A DNA stretch of 64,000 nucleotides from Negativicutes bacterium (GCA_963665275.2 CAXXIN010000009.1:64001-128000); one strand, 5' to 3'. Counted from the first letter of the stretch, positions 41,171-51,307 are shown. Translations and numbers: made by a program. The notes: generated by a model from the sequence alone, not told the origin.

Positions 41171-41949
41171 GGAAGCATTTCCTGCAATGCCTTACGAATC
41201 GATTCAAACTGGGTATCTATACCCGCTTCTACTGTGCCAAAAGAGGTTTCTATCAAACAGCCACCCTGTCCCAACATGGAATCAGCCGTAATTGCAAGGG
41301 CCCGCTCTGCGCCAACAATCACTTGCAATTCACGTCGCGATTGCAGAATTCGCTCGTAATCATCCAGATTGACATGAATGTTGATTTGGCTCTGGTCACG
41401 GACACGTCCCAGCGCACTCTTAACGATCCCCACAATGAGTTCCGGTCGATCTTCCATCGCATCAGATATGATTTTTCGTGAAATCACCAACACCAGTTCG
41501 ATGATTTGACGGTCCGCCTCCAAGACAACTTGCCGGGCTTCCTGCAAGGCGGCAGACATCATGGAGTTACAACCCTCAGTCGTCTGTTTTAGTTTTTCCT
41601 CTATTTGTCGCCGAGCCTCTTCCAAGCCTTGATTTTTACCCTCTTCAATTGCCTGCAATTTGAGTTCTGTCGCTTCTTCCAAGGCTTGCGCTTTCATGCG
41701 CGCGATTTCCTTTTCTGCTGCTGTCAGCAGATTTTCCGACTCAATCTTGGCCTCCTGGATCAACTGCTCCGCCTTATTATTGATTACTGGCGTGACAACG
41801 GCTCCCTTGGATTGATCCTCGACTTCATCCGCAATATCGTCTGTGAGCAGCTCTGTCGCATTCAGTTCCGAGAATTTATGCATGGCGATAACCACAGGGT
41901 CGCGCGAAATTTTAGCATCTTTAATAATGCGCACATCAGACGAGGACAT
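41167..41949 (-). CDS. fliH: Flagellar export protein FliH
   Basis: GxxxG coiled coil, GGCLIETSFGTVEA. Confidence 0.92.
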   Translation of the reverse strand: MSSSDVRIIKDAKISRDPVVIAMHKFSELNATELLTDDIADEVEDQSKGAVVTPVINNKAEQLIQEAKIESENLLTAAEKEIARMKAQALEEATELKLQAIEEGKNQGLEEARRQIEEKLKQTTEGCNSMMSAALQEARQVVLEADRQIIELVLVISRKIISDAMEDRPELIVGIVKSALGRVRDQSQINIHVNLDDYERILQSRRELQVIVGAERALAITADSMLGQGGCLIETSFGTVEAGIDTQFESIRKALQEMLP

Positions 41950-42946
41950 CTTCGCCCCTTCCTCTGGAAATCACAATCTCACCAGATTCCTCCAGCCGCC
42001 TGATGACGGCCACAATCTTCTGTTGTGCTTCTTCGACGTCCCTTATCCTAACAGGCCCCATAAAGTCAATTTCTTCGCGCAGCATCTCAGCTGCCCGTTT
42101 GGACATGTTCTTAAAGATCTTGTTCCCCACTTCGGAAGAAGCAGCTTTCAGAGCCAGACCCAATTCCTTGCTGTCAACTTCACGCAGCACCATTTGCAGC
42201 GATCGGTCGTCAAGCATGACAATGTTTTCGAACACGAACATGCGTTTCTTGATATCTTCGGCCAGCTCCGGATCCTGAACTTCCAGACTTTCTACGATTG
42301 TCCGTTCCGTCGTCCGATCCACGCGGTTCAAAATTTCCACAACTGAATCGACGCCGCCGGCTGAGGTAAAGTCTTCAGTTACCAGTGATGAAAGCTTTCT
42401 TTCCAGTATTTTCTCGACATCCCGGATTACTTCCGGTGAAGTGCGGTCCATCGTCGCCATGCGTCGTGCAACGTCAATCTGGCGGTCCGGCGGAAGTCCT
42501 GAAAGGATTGCCCCCGCCTGATCCGGTTGCAAATATGCCATAATGAGGGCAATCGTCTGCGGATGCTCATTTTGAATGAAGTTGAGGAGTTGCGAAGGAT
42601 CTGTCTTGCGGGCAAAATCAAAGGGTCGAATTTGCAAACTGGAGGTAAGGCGGGTGATAATAGCACCAGCCTTTTCGATACCAAGGGCTTTTTCCAGAAT
42701 ATCCCTTGCATAATCAAGCCCGCCGGAAGAAAGGTATTCTTTGGCGAGACACATTTCATGAAATTCATGAATCACTTTATCTTTTTGTTCTTGAGTTAGT
42801 TTACGTTGGTTAGCAATTTCGAGCGTGAGTTTTTCAATCTCTTCTTCACCAAGATGCTTCAATATCTGGGCGGAAACATTCGGGCCCAAGGTGATGAGCA
42901 ACACGGCGGCTTTCTGTTTTGCAGTCATTTCTATTGCATGTGCCAT
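41936..42946 (-). CDS. fliG: Flagellar switch protein FliG
   Basis: QKAAVLL, EHPQTIAL, GGVD, MFVF, NMSKRAA, GPVR. Confidence 0.97.
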   Translation of the reverse strand: MAHAIEMTAKQKAAVLLITLGPNVSAQILKHLGEEEIEKLTLEIANQRKLTQEQKDKVIHEFHEMCLAKEYLSSGGLDYARDILEKALGIEKAGAIITRLTSSLQIRPFDFARKTDPSQLLNFIQNEHPQTIALIMAYLQPDQAGAILSGLPPDRQIDVARRMATMDRTSPEVIRDVEKILERKLSSLVTEDFTSAGGVDSVVEILNRVDRTTERTIVESLEVQDPELAEDIKKRMFVFENIVMLDDRSLQMVLREVDSKELGLALKAASSEVGNKIFKNMSKRAAEMLREEIDFMGPVRIRDVEEAQQKIVAVIRRLEESGEIVISRGRGEDVLV

Positions 42947-42964
42947 CCATACACCCCTTGATCA

Positions 42965-44542
42965 TCAGTCTTCTGCAAGCCATGTCTTCAACAGCATGGC
43001 CACCTCTTCGGGCTTGGCCTTGGACAAAGTTTCGATTGCGTCCTGCTCTGCATTTCGCACTTCTTCTTCAGGAGACATTTTCCTTATCGAAGCGAGGGCG
43101 GCCGCGCTGGCTTTGTCTAGCCCTGCTTCAGCTGTAGAAGCGGGCGCGGAGGTATCCGCTTCCATATTCAACACTTCGATCTCTTCTTCCCGTCGGCGTT
43201 TCAAAATCCACATACCAATCCCTGCAATTAGCAGCACCACGCCAACCCCGGTACCGACCTTGGTCCACTGGTTTTTTTGCTGCTCCTGCGCGAAGTCCTG
43301 CTCTTCTTTTTTAATTTTGTCAGCAACTTCAGTGCTAAAGGGTACGGCCTCCACAGTAACAACATCACCGCGGGCAGGATTGATTCCAGCAGCCGACATG
43401 ATCGTTTTTGTAACGCTGTCTTGCTGCGCTTTGCTCATTCCGGCATCCACCAGAACGCCAACCGAAATTCTCTTGATCCCGCCTGGCGCAACAATCGTTT
43501 TCTCTTTCGTCTCATTGATTTCGTAGTTGCGGGTGGCGTCTTTCTTCTCAAAATTCGACTGCGAGTTCGCACTTCCCGTCACATAGCCGGGAATGTTGGA
43601 AGTGGTTCCCGCCGGTCCGCCAGGCTGAGGATTAGTGCCTTTAAAATTTTCTGTGCTTTCTTGCGAACTGCGCAAAATCCCCTTGTCATCAACAATCGGC
43701 TCGAACGTCTGTTTATCAACGGTTTTTTGGTCAAAGCTCAATTCCAGACTGACCCGGACCGCCGCCTTATTCGGTCCGAGGACCTGTTCGAGCAAAGATT
43801 CAAGAGCTTTTTGCATCTCGTCCTGTTTCTTGCGGGTAAGTTCGACCTGTTTAACGCTAAAAACAGAATCAGGCCCGGAAGGATCCATACTTTCATTCAA
43901 AACACGGGCGAAATTATCCACAACAGTTATGTTTTCGGCTTTCAGTCCGCGAATGCTGTGAGCCGCCAAATTGACAATTCCTTTGACCTGTTCCGGTGAC
44001 AACTTGGCGCCGGCCTTGAATTTCAACATAATGGAAGCCGTGGCGGGTTTTTCATTTTTTTTGTATAAACTGTCTTCGGGAAGCACAATATGAACCCGAG
44101 CTTTATCTACTTCGGCCATTCCCTCAATGGTCCGGGTCAGTTCCCCTTGCAACGCCTGAAGATATTTTACTTTATTTTGGAATTCAGTCGTTCCAAACTT
44201 GCTTTCATCAAATATTTCGAAACCCTTGCTGCCCCGTGGCAACCCTTGACGCGCTAACTCCAGCCGTGTTTTGTAGACATCTTTTTCCGCCACCCCGATC
44301 GAAGTGCCATTCCCCATGATTTCATAAGGAATCTTCAATTCCTGAAGGCGCGCGGCCACATCTCCGGCATCCTTTGTTTCCATATCAGTAAACAAAGGAA
44401 CATATTTGGGCTTGCTGCCATACCAATAACTGGAGCCAAGCACTGTTATAAAGAGAAGCAACGCGGAACCCAATATGATCCAGCGTTGTCTCGGTGTAAA
44501 ACGATCCCATAATTTTTGCAGCTGATCCCGCATTTCGGCCAT
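42965..44542 (-). CDS. fliF: Flagellar MS-ring protein FliF
   Basis: GFEIFDESKFGTTEF, ALQGELTRTI, ARVHIVLP, two TM helices. Confidence 0.97.
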   Translation of the reverse strand: MAEMRDQLQKLWDRFTPRQRWIILGSALLLFITVLGSSYWYGSKPKYVPLFTDMETKDAGDVAARLQELKIPYEIMGNGTSIGVAEKDVYKTRLELARQGLPRGSKGFEIFDESKFGTTEFQNKVKYLQALQGELTRTIEGMAEVDKARVHIVLPEDSLYKKNEKPATASIMLKFKAGAKLSPEQVKGIVNLAAHSIRGLKAENITVVDNFARVLNESMDPSGPDSVFSVKQVELTRKKQDEMQKALESLLEQVLGPNKAAVRVSLELSFDQKTVDKQTFEPIVDDKGILRSSQESTENFKGTNPQPGGPAGTTSNIPGYVTGSANSQSNFEKKDATRNYEINETKEKTIVAPGGIKRISVGVLVDAGMSKAQQDSVTKTIMSAAGINPARGDVVTVEAVPFSTEVADKIKKEEQDFAQEQQKNQWTKVGTGVGVVLLIAGIGMWILKRRREEEIEVLNMEADTSAPASTAEAGLDKASAAALASIRKMSPEEEVRNAEQDAIETLSKAKPEEVAMLLKTWLAED

Positions 44543-44562
44543 ACTCCGTTACCTCACAGCCC

Positions 44563-44862
44563 TCAAACTTGCATCCGCATCATTTCCTGGTACGATTCCA
44601 GCATTTTGTTTCGTACTTGAACTGTCAGCTGGAGCGCAACTGCGGCTTTCTCTGCAGCAATAACCACCTGTGAGATATCTTCAATACGCCCGGTTGCCAG
44701 ATCGGTTGACGCCTGATCCGCTTTTTTCTGCAAATCATTCACATTTTCCAGTGCGTCCGATAGTAGCTGACCGAACGATTGTTCCGAAGCACTTTTGGCT
44801 GGATTTAGCCCACTGCTGGGCGTCATGGCCAATTTCGACGCGTTAATTGCCTGAATCGGCAT
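44563..44862 (-). CDS. fliE: Flagellar basal body protein FliE
   Basis: SFGQLL..AL..VN, VQVRNKMLESYQEMMRMQV. Confidence 0.96.
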   Translation of the reverse strand: MPIQAINASKLAMTPSSGLNPAKSASEQSFGQLLSDALENVNDLQKKADQASTDLATGRIEDISQVVIAAEKAAVALQLTVQVRNKMLESYQEMMRMQV

Positions 44863-44904
44863 TTTTCTCCACCCTCCCAAAACACTTTGGACCCTGACGA
44901 ATGC

Positions 44905-45336
44905 TCATTTGCCAATCTCCAACGCTTTCAACATCATGCTCTTGGCTACGTTCACTGAAGTTACATTGGCTTCATAAGCCCGGGAAGCCGTCATCATATC
45001 AACCATTTCCGTGATTATATTAATATTGGGCATTTTTACATACCCATCTGCGTCCGCATCCGGATGACCCGGTTCATAAAGCATACGGGGGGGAGAATCG
45101 TCCTTTTTGATGCCAGTGACTTTGACTCCATTCAACTGCACTTGCCTATTCATAGCTAGTGCAAACGAACCGTCGCCCGGTCGCGGTTCGAAAACTACAA
45201 ACTGACGCTTGTAGGGACCGCCATCCGCAGTACGGGTCGTATTGACATTGGCGATATTATTGGAAATAACGTCAAGTCGCATTCTTTCTGCAGTCATTCC
45301 CGATGCCGCAGCATCAATGGCGCCGAAAAAGCTCAT
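44905..45336 (-). CDS. flgC: Flagellar rod protein FlgC
   Basis: SGMTAERMRLDVISNNIAN, YEPGHPDA..GYV.MPN, ASRAYEAN. Confidence 0.97.
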   Translation of the reverse strand: MSFFGAIDAAASGMTAERMRLDVISNNIANVNTTRTADGGPYKRQFVVFEPRPGDGSFALAMNRQVQLNGVKVTGIKKDDSPPRMLYEPGHPDADADGYVKMPNINIITEMVDMMTASRAYEANVTSVNVAKSMMLKALEIGK

Positions 45337-45341
45337 AACCC

Positions 45342-45758
45342 TCAGCCTCCCTTGATTGCCAATTTAATATTGGTGTAGTAACCGCCGATGCGTTGCGCAA
45401 CCGTATTGTAAAAAATGTTGTTCTTGGTCATCGCCGCCATCTCTGCATCGATATCCACATTATTTCCATCTGTCCGCAAAGAGGTATTATCGACAGTACG
45501 TATACGATTTGGCTGCGAATTGGCAGATCCAGGCAACAAGTGATTCGGATGGGTACGCGCCATCGTCTGACGTCCTTCACTGGCGTCGGCTGCAGCGGCC
45601 AGTTCTTCCTCGAATGAAACATCCATTTTTTTATATCCCGGCGTGTTGATGTTGGCAATATTGTTCGTAATTACCTTGTGGCGAAGCGATGATCCCGCTA
45701 ACGCCTTTTCCAACAGATTTATTGGCGCTGAATCGAAAATGCGACTAAACGTAATCAT
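45342..45758 (-). CDS. flgB: Flagellar rod protein FlgB
   Basis: RHKVITNNIANINTPGYK, RTDGNNVDIDAEM. Confidence 0.96.
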   Translation of the reverse strand: MITFSRIFDSAPINLLEKALAGSSLRHKVITNNIANINTPGYKKMDVSFEEELAAAADASEGRQTMARTHPNHLLPGSANSQPNRIRTVDNTSLRTDGNNVDIDAEMAAMTKNNIFYNTVAQRIGGYYTNIKLAIKGG

Positions 45759-45786
45759 CCCTCCTCACAAATCCATCATACGGAGA

Positions 45787-45831
45787 ATTATATCACATGG
45801 TGTCTCGATTCAACAGGTAACAAAAGGTAAC
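45787..45831 (-). promoter_or_regulatory. Putative fla/che operon promoter with upstream direct repeat
   Basis: Extended -10 TGTGATATAAT, poorly spaced -35, preceded by GTTACCT-TTT-GTTACCT. Confidence 0.55.
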
Positions 45832-45870
45832 TGCAGAAAACCAAGCTATAATGGGGCATTTTGCCCCATG

Positions 45871-46650
45871 CTATTTTTTAAGTTTTTTTAGTTCATCAAT
45901 CAGTTTTTCATTCAAAACTTTAATATAGGTACCCTTCATACCCAACGATTTGGATTCAATAACTCCGGCGCTTTCGAACTTACGCAGAGCATTGACGATA
46001 ACCGATCGCGTGATTCCAACCCTGTCCGCAATCTTACTCGCCACCAGCAATCCTTCGTTCCCATCAAGCTCGCCAAGAATATGCATCACGGCTTCCATCT
46101 CAGAATAAGATAACGTGCCAAGCGCCACTTGAATCGTAGCCATTTTACGCGCGTCGTCTTCAATCCGTTCCGTCCGGTCGCGGAGAAATTCAATTCCGAC
46201 AACCGTAGCGGCATATTCAGCTAAAATCAAATCATCATCCACAAACGGCTCGTTGAACGTGGCTGCAATCAAAGTCCCCAGTCGTTCGCCCGCCCCATAA
46301 ATAGGTACGACGGTCGTAAATTTTTCGTTGGCGATACAAGCTGTATCAGTGCTAAAAGCGCACATCCCATTATTAAGCGTCAAGTTTTCGGAAGTTTCCA
46401 GAACCTTGGATAACCAAGCTACATAACGGTCAGGGAACCTTCCTACTTTCAGCACTTTTTCCAACATCAGTTGGCACTCGAAGTCACCTACGATACTGTA
46501 CCCTAAAATAATTCCTTCGCGGTTGACCAGGTAAACATTGGCCCGCATCACTTCGCTCAAGGTATTGGATAAATCAGCATATGAAATTTTTTCAACCTTT
46601 TCGAGCAGTCGACTGATCTTTCGAGTCTTTTCTAATAATACACTTGCCAC
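45871..46650 (-). CDS. codY: GTP/branched-chain amino acid-sensing regulator CodY
   Basis: LLEKTRKI, TLSYSE, LVASKIADRVGITRSVIVNALRKFESAGVIESKSLGMKGT. Confidence 0.97.
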   Translation of the reverse strand: MASVLLEKTRKISRLLEKVEKISYADLSNTLSEVMRANVYLVNREGIILGYSIVGDFECQLMLEKVLKVGRFPDRYVAWLSKVLETSENLTLNNGMCAFSTDTACIANEKFTTVVPIYGAGERLGTLIAATFNEPFVDDDLILAEYAATVVGIEFLRDRTERIEDDARKMATIQVALGTLSYSEMEAVMHILGELDGNEGLLVASKIADRVGITRSVIVNALRKFESAGVIESKSLGMKGTYIKVLNEKLIDELKKLKK

Positions 46651-46705
46651 TATAAATTCCACCTCTCCTATATTTTTCGATCATATTCACAAAAACATTA
46701 AGGGT

Positions 46706-47614
46706 TTATGCCCGCGGGTGTGCGTTGCGGTATACTGACAAAAGTCGTTCGCTGGACACATGCGTATAAATCTGGGTTGTTTTGAGGCTGACATGGCCAA
46801 GCAAATCTTGAACAGAACGCAAATCTGCGCCATTGTCCAACAGATGGGTAGCAAAACTATGTCGCAATGTGTGAGGCGTTACCCGTTTATGCACGGCCAG
46901 CATATCAACATATTTCTCCAGTACCCTGCGGACACTTCGATCACTCAAAGGGGTTCCGCTATGATTAAGGAATAGCGCATCCGTCACCTCGGCATTTTTT
47001 TTGCCCAGCAACGGCCGACTTTCCCGCAAATAGAACGACAGCGCTTTGATCGCCATTTTACCGATGGGAATAATGCGTTCCTTAGCGCCTTTCCCAAAAA
47101 CGAGAATATATTGTTCTTCCATATCCAAATTCTGCATTGAGAGCCCAGTAAGTTCCGAGACACGAACTCCTGCCCCATACAGCAATTCCATTATTGCCCG
47201 GTCACGCCTTCCAAGCAGGGTATTCGGTGGAAGTTGCAGCAAGGCCTCAATTTCAGGCACATCCAGAAATTGAGGCAATCGCCGTTCCAGTTTCGGTGTG
47301 CGAATTCCAACAAAAGGATTGGTCTCGATCAATTGCTCCCGGCAAAGGTAACGGCAGAATGATCGCAACGAAGCAATGTGGCGGGCTAAGGTTTTGCGAG
47401 AATACTCGCTGGAAATCAACGAAGCTAAATAACGCCGCGCCATATAGGTATCAACGTCGGATAACGTAAAATCGCCGGGTTTTAACCGGCGTAAAAACTC
47501 AATAAACTGTTCGATATCCCGGCGATAATTGTGAACAGTATGCGGGGAAACATTCTTTGCTCCCTGAATAAATTCAATAAAGTTCGTCAACTGCTCCGTC
47601 CAGACGTTGATCAT
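46706..47614 (-). CDS. xerC: Tyrosine recombinase XerC (CodV)
   Basis: SAM-like N-domain; catalytic R (GVRVSEL), K (GKGAKER), HTLRH, LGH, TQIY; housekeeping context topA-xerC-codY. Confidence 0.93.
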   Translation of the reverse strand: MINVWTEQLTNFIEFIQGAKNVSPHTVHNYRRDIEQFIEFLRRLKPGDFTLSDVDTYMARRYLASLISSEYSRKTLARHIASLRSFCRYLCREQLIETNPFVGIRTPKLERRLPQFLDVPEIEALLQLPPNTLLGRRDRAIMELLYGAGVRVSELTGLSMQNLDMEEQYILVFGKGAKERIIPIGKMAIKALSFYLRESRPLLGKKNAEVTDALFLNHSGTPLSDRSVRRVLEKYVDMLAVHKRVTPHTLRHSFATHLLDNGADLRSVQDLLGHVSLKTTQIYTHVSSERLLSVYRNAHPRA

Positions 47615-47647
47615 ACCAATTGCCCCAATATGTTATGTTTGGAATCA

Positions 47648-47676
47648 ATTGTAGCATAAGTAAAAAAGTGTGGCAA
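47648..47676 (-). promoter_or_regulatory. SigA promoter of xerC-codY
   Basis: TTGCCA-N17-TACAAT with extended TG; overlaps the topA terminator. Confidence 0.6.
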
Positions 47677-47694
47677 CTGCGTTGTCACACTTTT
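47662..47694 (-). terminator. Intrinsic terminator after topA
   Basis: AAAAGTGTGACAAC-GCA-GTTGCCACACTTTTTT. Confidence 0.75.
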
Positions 47695-47724
47695 CATAAT
47701 TGTTTTCAAAAACCTTCATTTCCC

Positions 47725-50181
47725 CTACGACTTACGCTTCCCCGTCACAGGCTTGGTCTTGGCCTCCACTGCGGCCGTTGGTGCGGGTTTGGCCGTAGTT
47801 GCTTCACTTTTTCTTTTCGTGGTGACCGCCTTTTTTGTAGTCGTTTTATTTATTTTTGATTTGGCGACGGCCTTTGAATCTTTCACCTTCGGAGCAACAG
47901 CTTTCTTCTGCGATTCTTGTTTTTCCTCGGATCCTTTCGCGGCAATGATGTTTTTAGTGCTCTTGGTCGTGGTCTTTTTCGCAGCTGGTTTTTTGACTGT
48001 AACTTTTTTGCCTGTAGCTTTTTTTGTAACGGCGTTTTCTGCTGTTCCAGGAATCCGCGTACTAGCTTTGGATACTGATTTTATGAGTTGTTCCGGTATC
48101 TCCTCTGCATCACTAGACGCTTTTTTCTCATCGATCCTAGTGGAACATTCAGTATTGCTGCAAAAGACAACCGCCGGTTGGGTTTTGTTCTTCTTTTCCA
48201 CCATGAAAGCCCCACATACAGCGCAAAGCTCACCTGTCGGCTTATTCCAGGATACGAAGGTGCATGTTGGATAGTCGCTGCAACCATAAAAAAATCGGCC
48301 AGTCTTCGTTTTTCTCTCAACGATCGGTTTTTCACATAATGGACAGGCAACACCGATATCTTTGACAATGGGCCGAGTCGTCTTGCATTCAGGGAACTTC
48401 GAGCAACCAAGAAACGCACCGAATCGGCCGTGTTTCACCGCCATCGGGGCCCCGCAGTTCTCACAGGCAATATCGGTAAGTTCTTCCGGTACAGTTACCC
48501 GTGCCGCTTCTTTTTCCACCCGGCCCAAAGTCTCGATAAACGGGCCATAGAAATCTTGTAAAAGCTTCCGCCAATCCACATCTCCCTGGGCAATTTCATC
48601 CAAATCGTTCTCCATGCTGGCAGTAAAGCTGGTATCAACAATTTCAGGGAAATGTTCTTTCAACAAATCTGTCACAATAAAACCTAACGGGGTCGGTTGA
48701 AATTTCTTCTCGGTTTTAATTACATAGTTGCGTAGCTGAATTAGCTCAATCGTGGGCGCATAAGTACTAGGCCTGCCAATACCTTTTTCTTCGAGCAGTT
48801 TGATCAATGCCGCTTCCGTAAAACGCGGCGGCGGCTCGGTAAAATGCTGCACCGGTTTGATTTCCTGCGTTGCCAAAATATCCCCTTGTTCCAACGGCGG
48901 CAGGGATTTATCCGTGTCCTGTTTTGCGCCGTTATCCACTGCTTCTGAATAAACAGCCATGAACCCGGAAAATTTCAGAACTGAGCCTGACGCACGCAGC
49001 CCATAGCGTCCGGCTTTAATTTCTGCCGATACGGTATCGAAGATGGCCGGTTTCATCTGACTGGAGATAAAGCGCTTCCAGATCAGTTCATACACCCGTT
49101 TTTGGTCATGGCTAATGGAGTTCGGCAACAGATCGGCGGACACACTGATCTCAGAAGGACGAATCGCTTCGTGAGCATCTTGGGCGCTTTTCTTGGAATA
49201 TTGCGGCGGTGTTGGCGGCAAATACTCATGACCGAGTTTTTCCGTCACCCATTCTCGGGCCTCCGTCTGAGCAACCGTCGATACGCGGGTGGAATCAGTT
49301 CTCATATAAGTAATATGTCCGGCTTCATACAACTGTTGCGCCAGAACCATGGTTTTTTTTGCGCTGTAACCCAATTTGTGAGAAGCATCCTGTTGCAGGG
49401 TACTGGTAATAAAAGGCGGATAAGGTTTTCGTTGACGATCGCGTCTCTTGATTGCATCCACCATAAAGACTGCCGCGCCAAGCTCCCTCTCGATACTTGC
49501 AGCTGCGTCGCTATTTGGTATTTCGATCTTCTGCCCATCAACGGTAAGCAGTTCGGCTTCAAATGCAACCGGGGAGTTAGTCTTCTGCAACATCGCATGA
49601 ATCGACCAATATTCGGTTACTTGGAACGCCTCAATCTCACGCTCGCGATCACAGATCAGACGAACGCAAACCGATTGAACACGGCCGGCGCTCAATCCCC
49701 GACGCACTTTCTTCCAAAGCAGGGGACTTAACTTGTAGCCCACGAGACGGTCGAGAACTCGACGGGCCTGTTGAGCATTGACCATATGTTCATCAATCAC
49801 GCGTGCGTGCTTTATCGCTTCTCCTACAGCAGTTTTAGTAATTTCATTAAACTCAATCCTGCATGCGTCTTTGGGTGCAATTTTCAAGAGCGTCGCCAGA
49901 TGCCAGGCGATCGCCTCCCCTTCGCGGTCAGGGTCAGTTGCGAGATATACTTTTTTTGACTGAGCGGCCAGTTTATTGAGTTCCTTCACCAATGCCGTTT
50001 TGCCACGGACAATAATGTATTTGGGTTCAAAACCATCTTCAACGTCAATGCCTAACTGACTTTTAGGCAAATCTCTCAGATGTCCCATCGTCGCCTTCAC
50101 CGTATATTCTGATTTTCCCAGATACTTTTCAATCGTACTCGCCTTGGCTGGCGACTCAACGATAACAAGGTTTTTAGCCAT
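47725..50181 (-). CDS. topA: DNA topoisomerase I with zinc ribbons and Lys-rich tail
   Basis: VIVESPAKA, ATDPDREGEAI, SAGRVQS, ITYMRTDS, GIGRPSTYA, three C4 ribbons. Confidence 0.97.
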   Translation of the reverse strand: MAKNLVIVESPAKASTIEKYLGKSEYTVKATMGHLRDLPKSQLGIDVEDGFEPKYIIVRGKTALVKELNKLAAQSKKVYLATDPDREGEAIAWHLATLLKIAPKDACRIEFNEITKTAVGEAIKHARVIDEHMVNAQQARRVLDRLVGYKLSPLLWKKVRRGLSAGRVQSVCVRLICDREREIEAFQVTEYWSIHAMLQKTNSPVAFEAELLTVDGQKIEIPNSDAAASIERELGAAVFMVDAIKRRDRQRKPYPPFITSTLQQDASHKLGYSAKKTMVLAQQLYEAGHITYMRTDSTRVSTVAQTEAREWVTEKLGHEYLPPTPPQYSKKSAQDAHEAIRPSEISVSADLLPNSISHDQKRVYELIWKRFISSQMKPAIFDTVSAEIKAGRYGLRASGSVLKFSGFMAVYSEAVDNGAKQDTDKSLPPLEQGDILATQEIKPVQHFTEPPPRFTEAALIKLLEEKGIGRPSTYAPTIELIQLRNYVIKTEKKFQPTPLGFIVTDLLKEHFPEIVDTSFTASMENDLDEIAQGDVDWRKLLQDFYGPFIETLGRVEKEAARVTVPEELTDIACENCGAPMAVKHGRFGAFLGCSKFPECKTTRPIVKDIGVACPLCEKPIVERKTKTGRFFYGCSDYPTCTFVSWNKPTGELCAVCGAFMVEKKNKTQPAVVFCSNTECSTRIDEKKASSDAEEIPEQLIKSVSKASTRIPGTAENAVTKKATGKKVTVKKPAAKKTTTKSTKNIIAAKGSEEKQESQKKAVAPKVKDSKAVAKSKINKTTTKKAVTTKRKSEATTAKPAPTAAVEAKTKPVTGKRKS

Positions 50182-51267
50182 TTACACACTCTCCTTGGCA
50201 ACTCTACTATAACCCACACAGGAGTTTTTCCAAACATGGCCTGCCATTTCCAACCGCAACAAGATAACAGTGATTTCTGACGCTTCCATTGAAAGCTTCG
50301 CCACCAGTGTATCTACTGCAGTCGGTTCTGCATAGGACAACTCCTGCAGCACGCGTTTTTCTTTCGGTGTCAAATCATCTGTACTCAGCCTTGATTCTGA
50401 AACTGCAAATCCCAGCGCCTCAAGCAATTCCTCGGCGCTGCCGACCAGTCGGGCGCCTTGTTGAATCAAGCGATGTGTTCCCCTACTGAGTTCAGAAAAA
50501 ACGCTGCCTGGCACGGCGTAAACATCCCGATTTTCAGCCAGGGCAAGGTCTGCTGTTATCAACGCACCACTCTTTTCAGCAGCTTCCACTACCAAGACGC
50601 CGACTGACATACCTGCCACAATCCGATTGCGAGCAGGAAATTGTCCGGGCATAGGTGGGGTTCCAGGCGGATACTCGGAGATAACGCACCCGTTTGCCGC
50701 TATATGCGCAAGCAACTGTGCATTCGTTCTGGGATATGCAATATCCACTCCGCAGCCCAAAACGGCAACAGTAGCGACGCCTGCAGCCAAGGCCCCTTCA
50801 TGGGCTGACGTATCAATTCCCGTAGCGGCTCCACTAACGATCGTAACCCCGCATCGGGACAGCTTCTCACTGAAGGAGTGGGCTACGTTACGTCCATAGG
50901 GTGTGGATCGCCTTGATCCAACAACTGCTAAACAAAGCGCTCCGGGTTGAACCTGGCCGCGAAAGAAAAGCAAGGGGGGTGGGTCAAAAATTTGTCGCAA
51001 CAGCGGTGGATATTCGGGATCTTCCATACTGCAGCAACGAATCCCTGCAAGTGTCCACTTTTTTGATATTTCAGCCGCATCAGTTCGTTCGCGCAGTGAC
51101 ATAAGACCTGCGAGTTCTTTTGAATTTAAAATTCTGGACTCAGTCAACTCTTGATGCTTCGATGTCCAAGCTGTTTGGGCATCACCAAAATAGTCAACCA
51201 TTTGCCGTAACTTCACACTGCCAATTCCCGGTACAGTAAGGAGCATCGCCCTATGGATGCGTTCCAT
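50182..51267 (-). CDS. dprA: DNA processing protein DprA
   Basis: YPPLL..I.DPP, AVVGSR, IVSG.A.GID..AH, FPARNRIVAG, EAAEKSGALITA. Confidence 0.96.
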   Translation of the reverse strand: MERIHRAMLLTVPGIGSVKLRQMVDYFGDAQTAWTSKHQELTESRILNSKELAGLMSLRERTDAAEISKKWTLAGIRCCSMEDPEYPPLLRQIFDPPPLLFFRGQVQPGALCLAVVGSRRSTPYGRNVAHSFSEKLSRCGVTIVSGAATGIDTSAHEGALAAGVATVAVLGCGVDIAYPRTNAQLLAHIAANGCVISEYPPGTPPMPGQFPARNRIVAGMSVGVLVVEAAEKSGALITADLALAENRDVYAVPGSVFSELSRGTHRLIQQGARLVGSAEELLEALGFAVSESRLSTDDLTPKEKRVLQELSYAEPTAVDTLVAKLSMEASEITVILLRLEMAGHVWKNSCVGYSRVAKESV

Positions 51268-51307
51268 TCCCATCATCTCCAAATTAAGGACCGACAATAT
51301 GGTCCTT

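Noticed and set aside
46676-46694. Rex-like half site (TTGTGAA) upstream of codY
   Set aside because: The second half matches only 4 of 7 positions; insufficient support.
46706-47614. Tyrosine recombinase as a sign of an integrative element
   Set aside because: Housekeeping XerC in conserved topA-codY context; no att sites, cargo or tRNA target seen.
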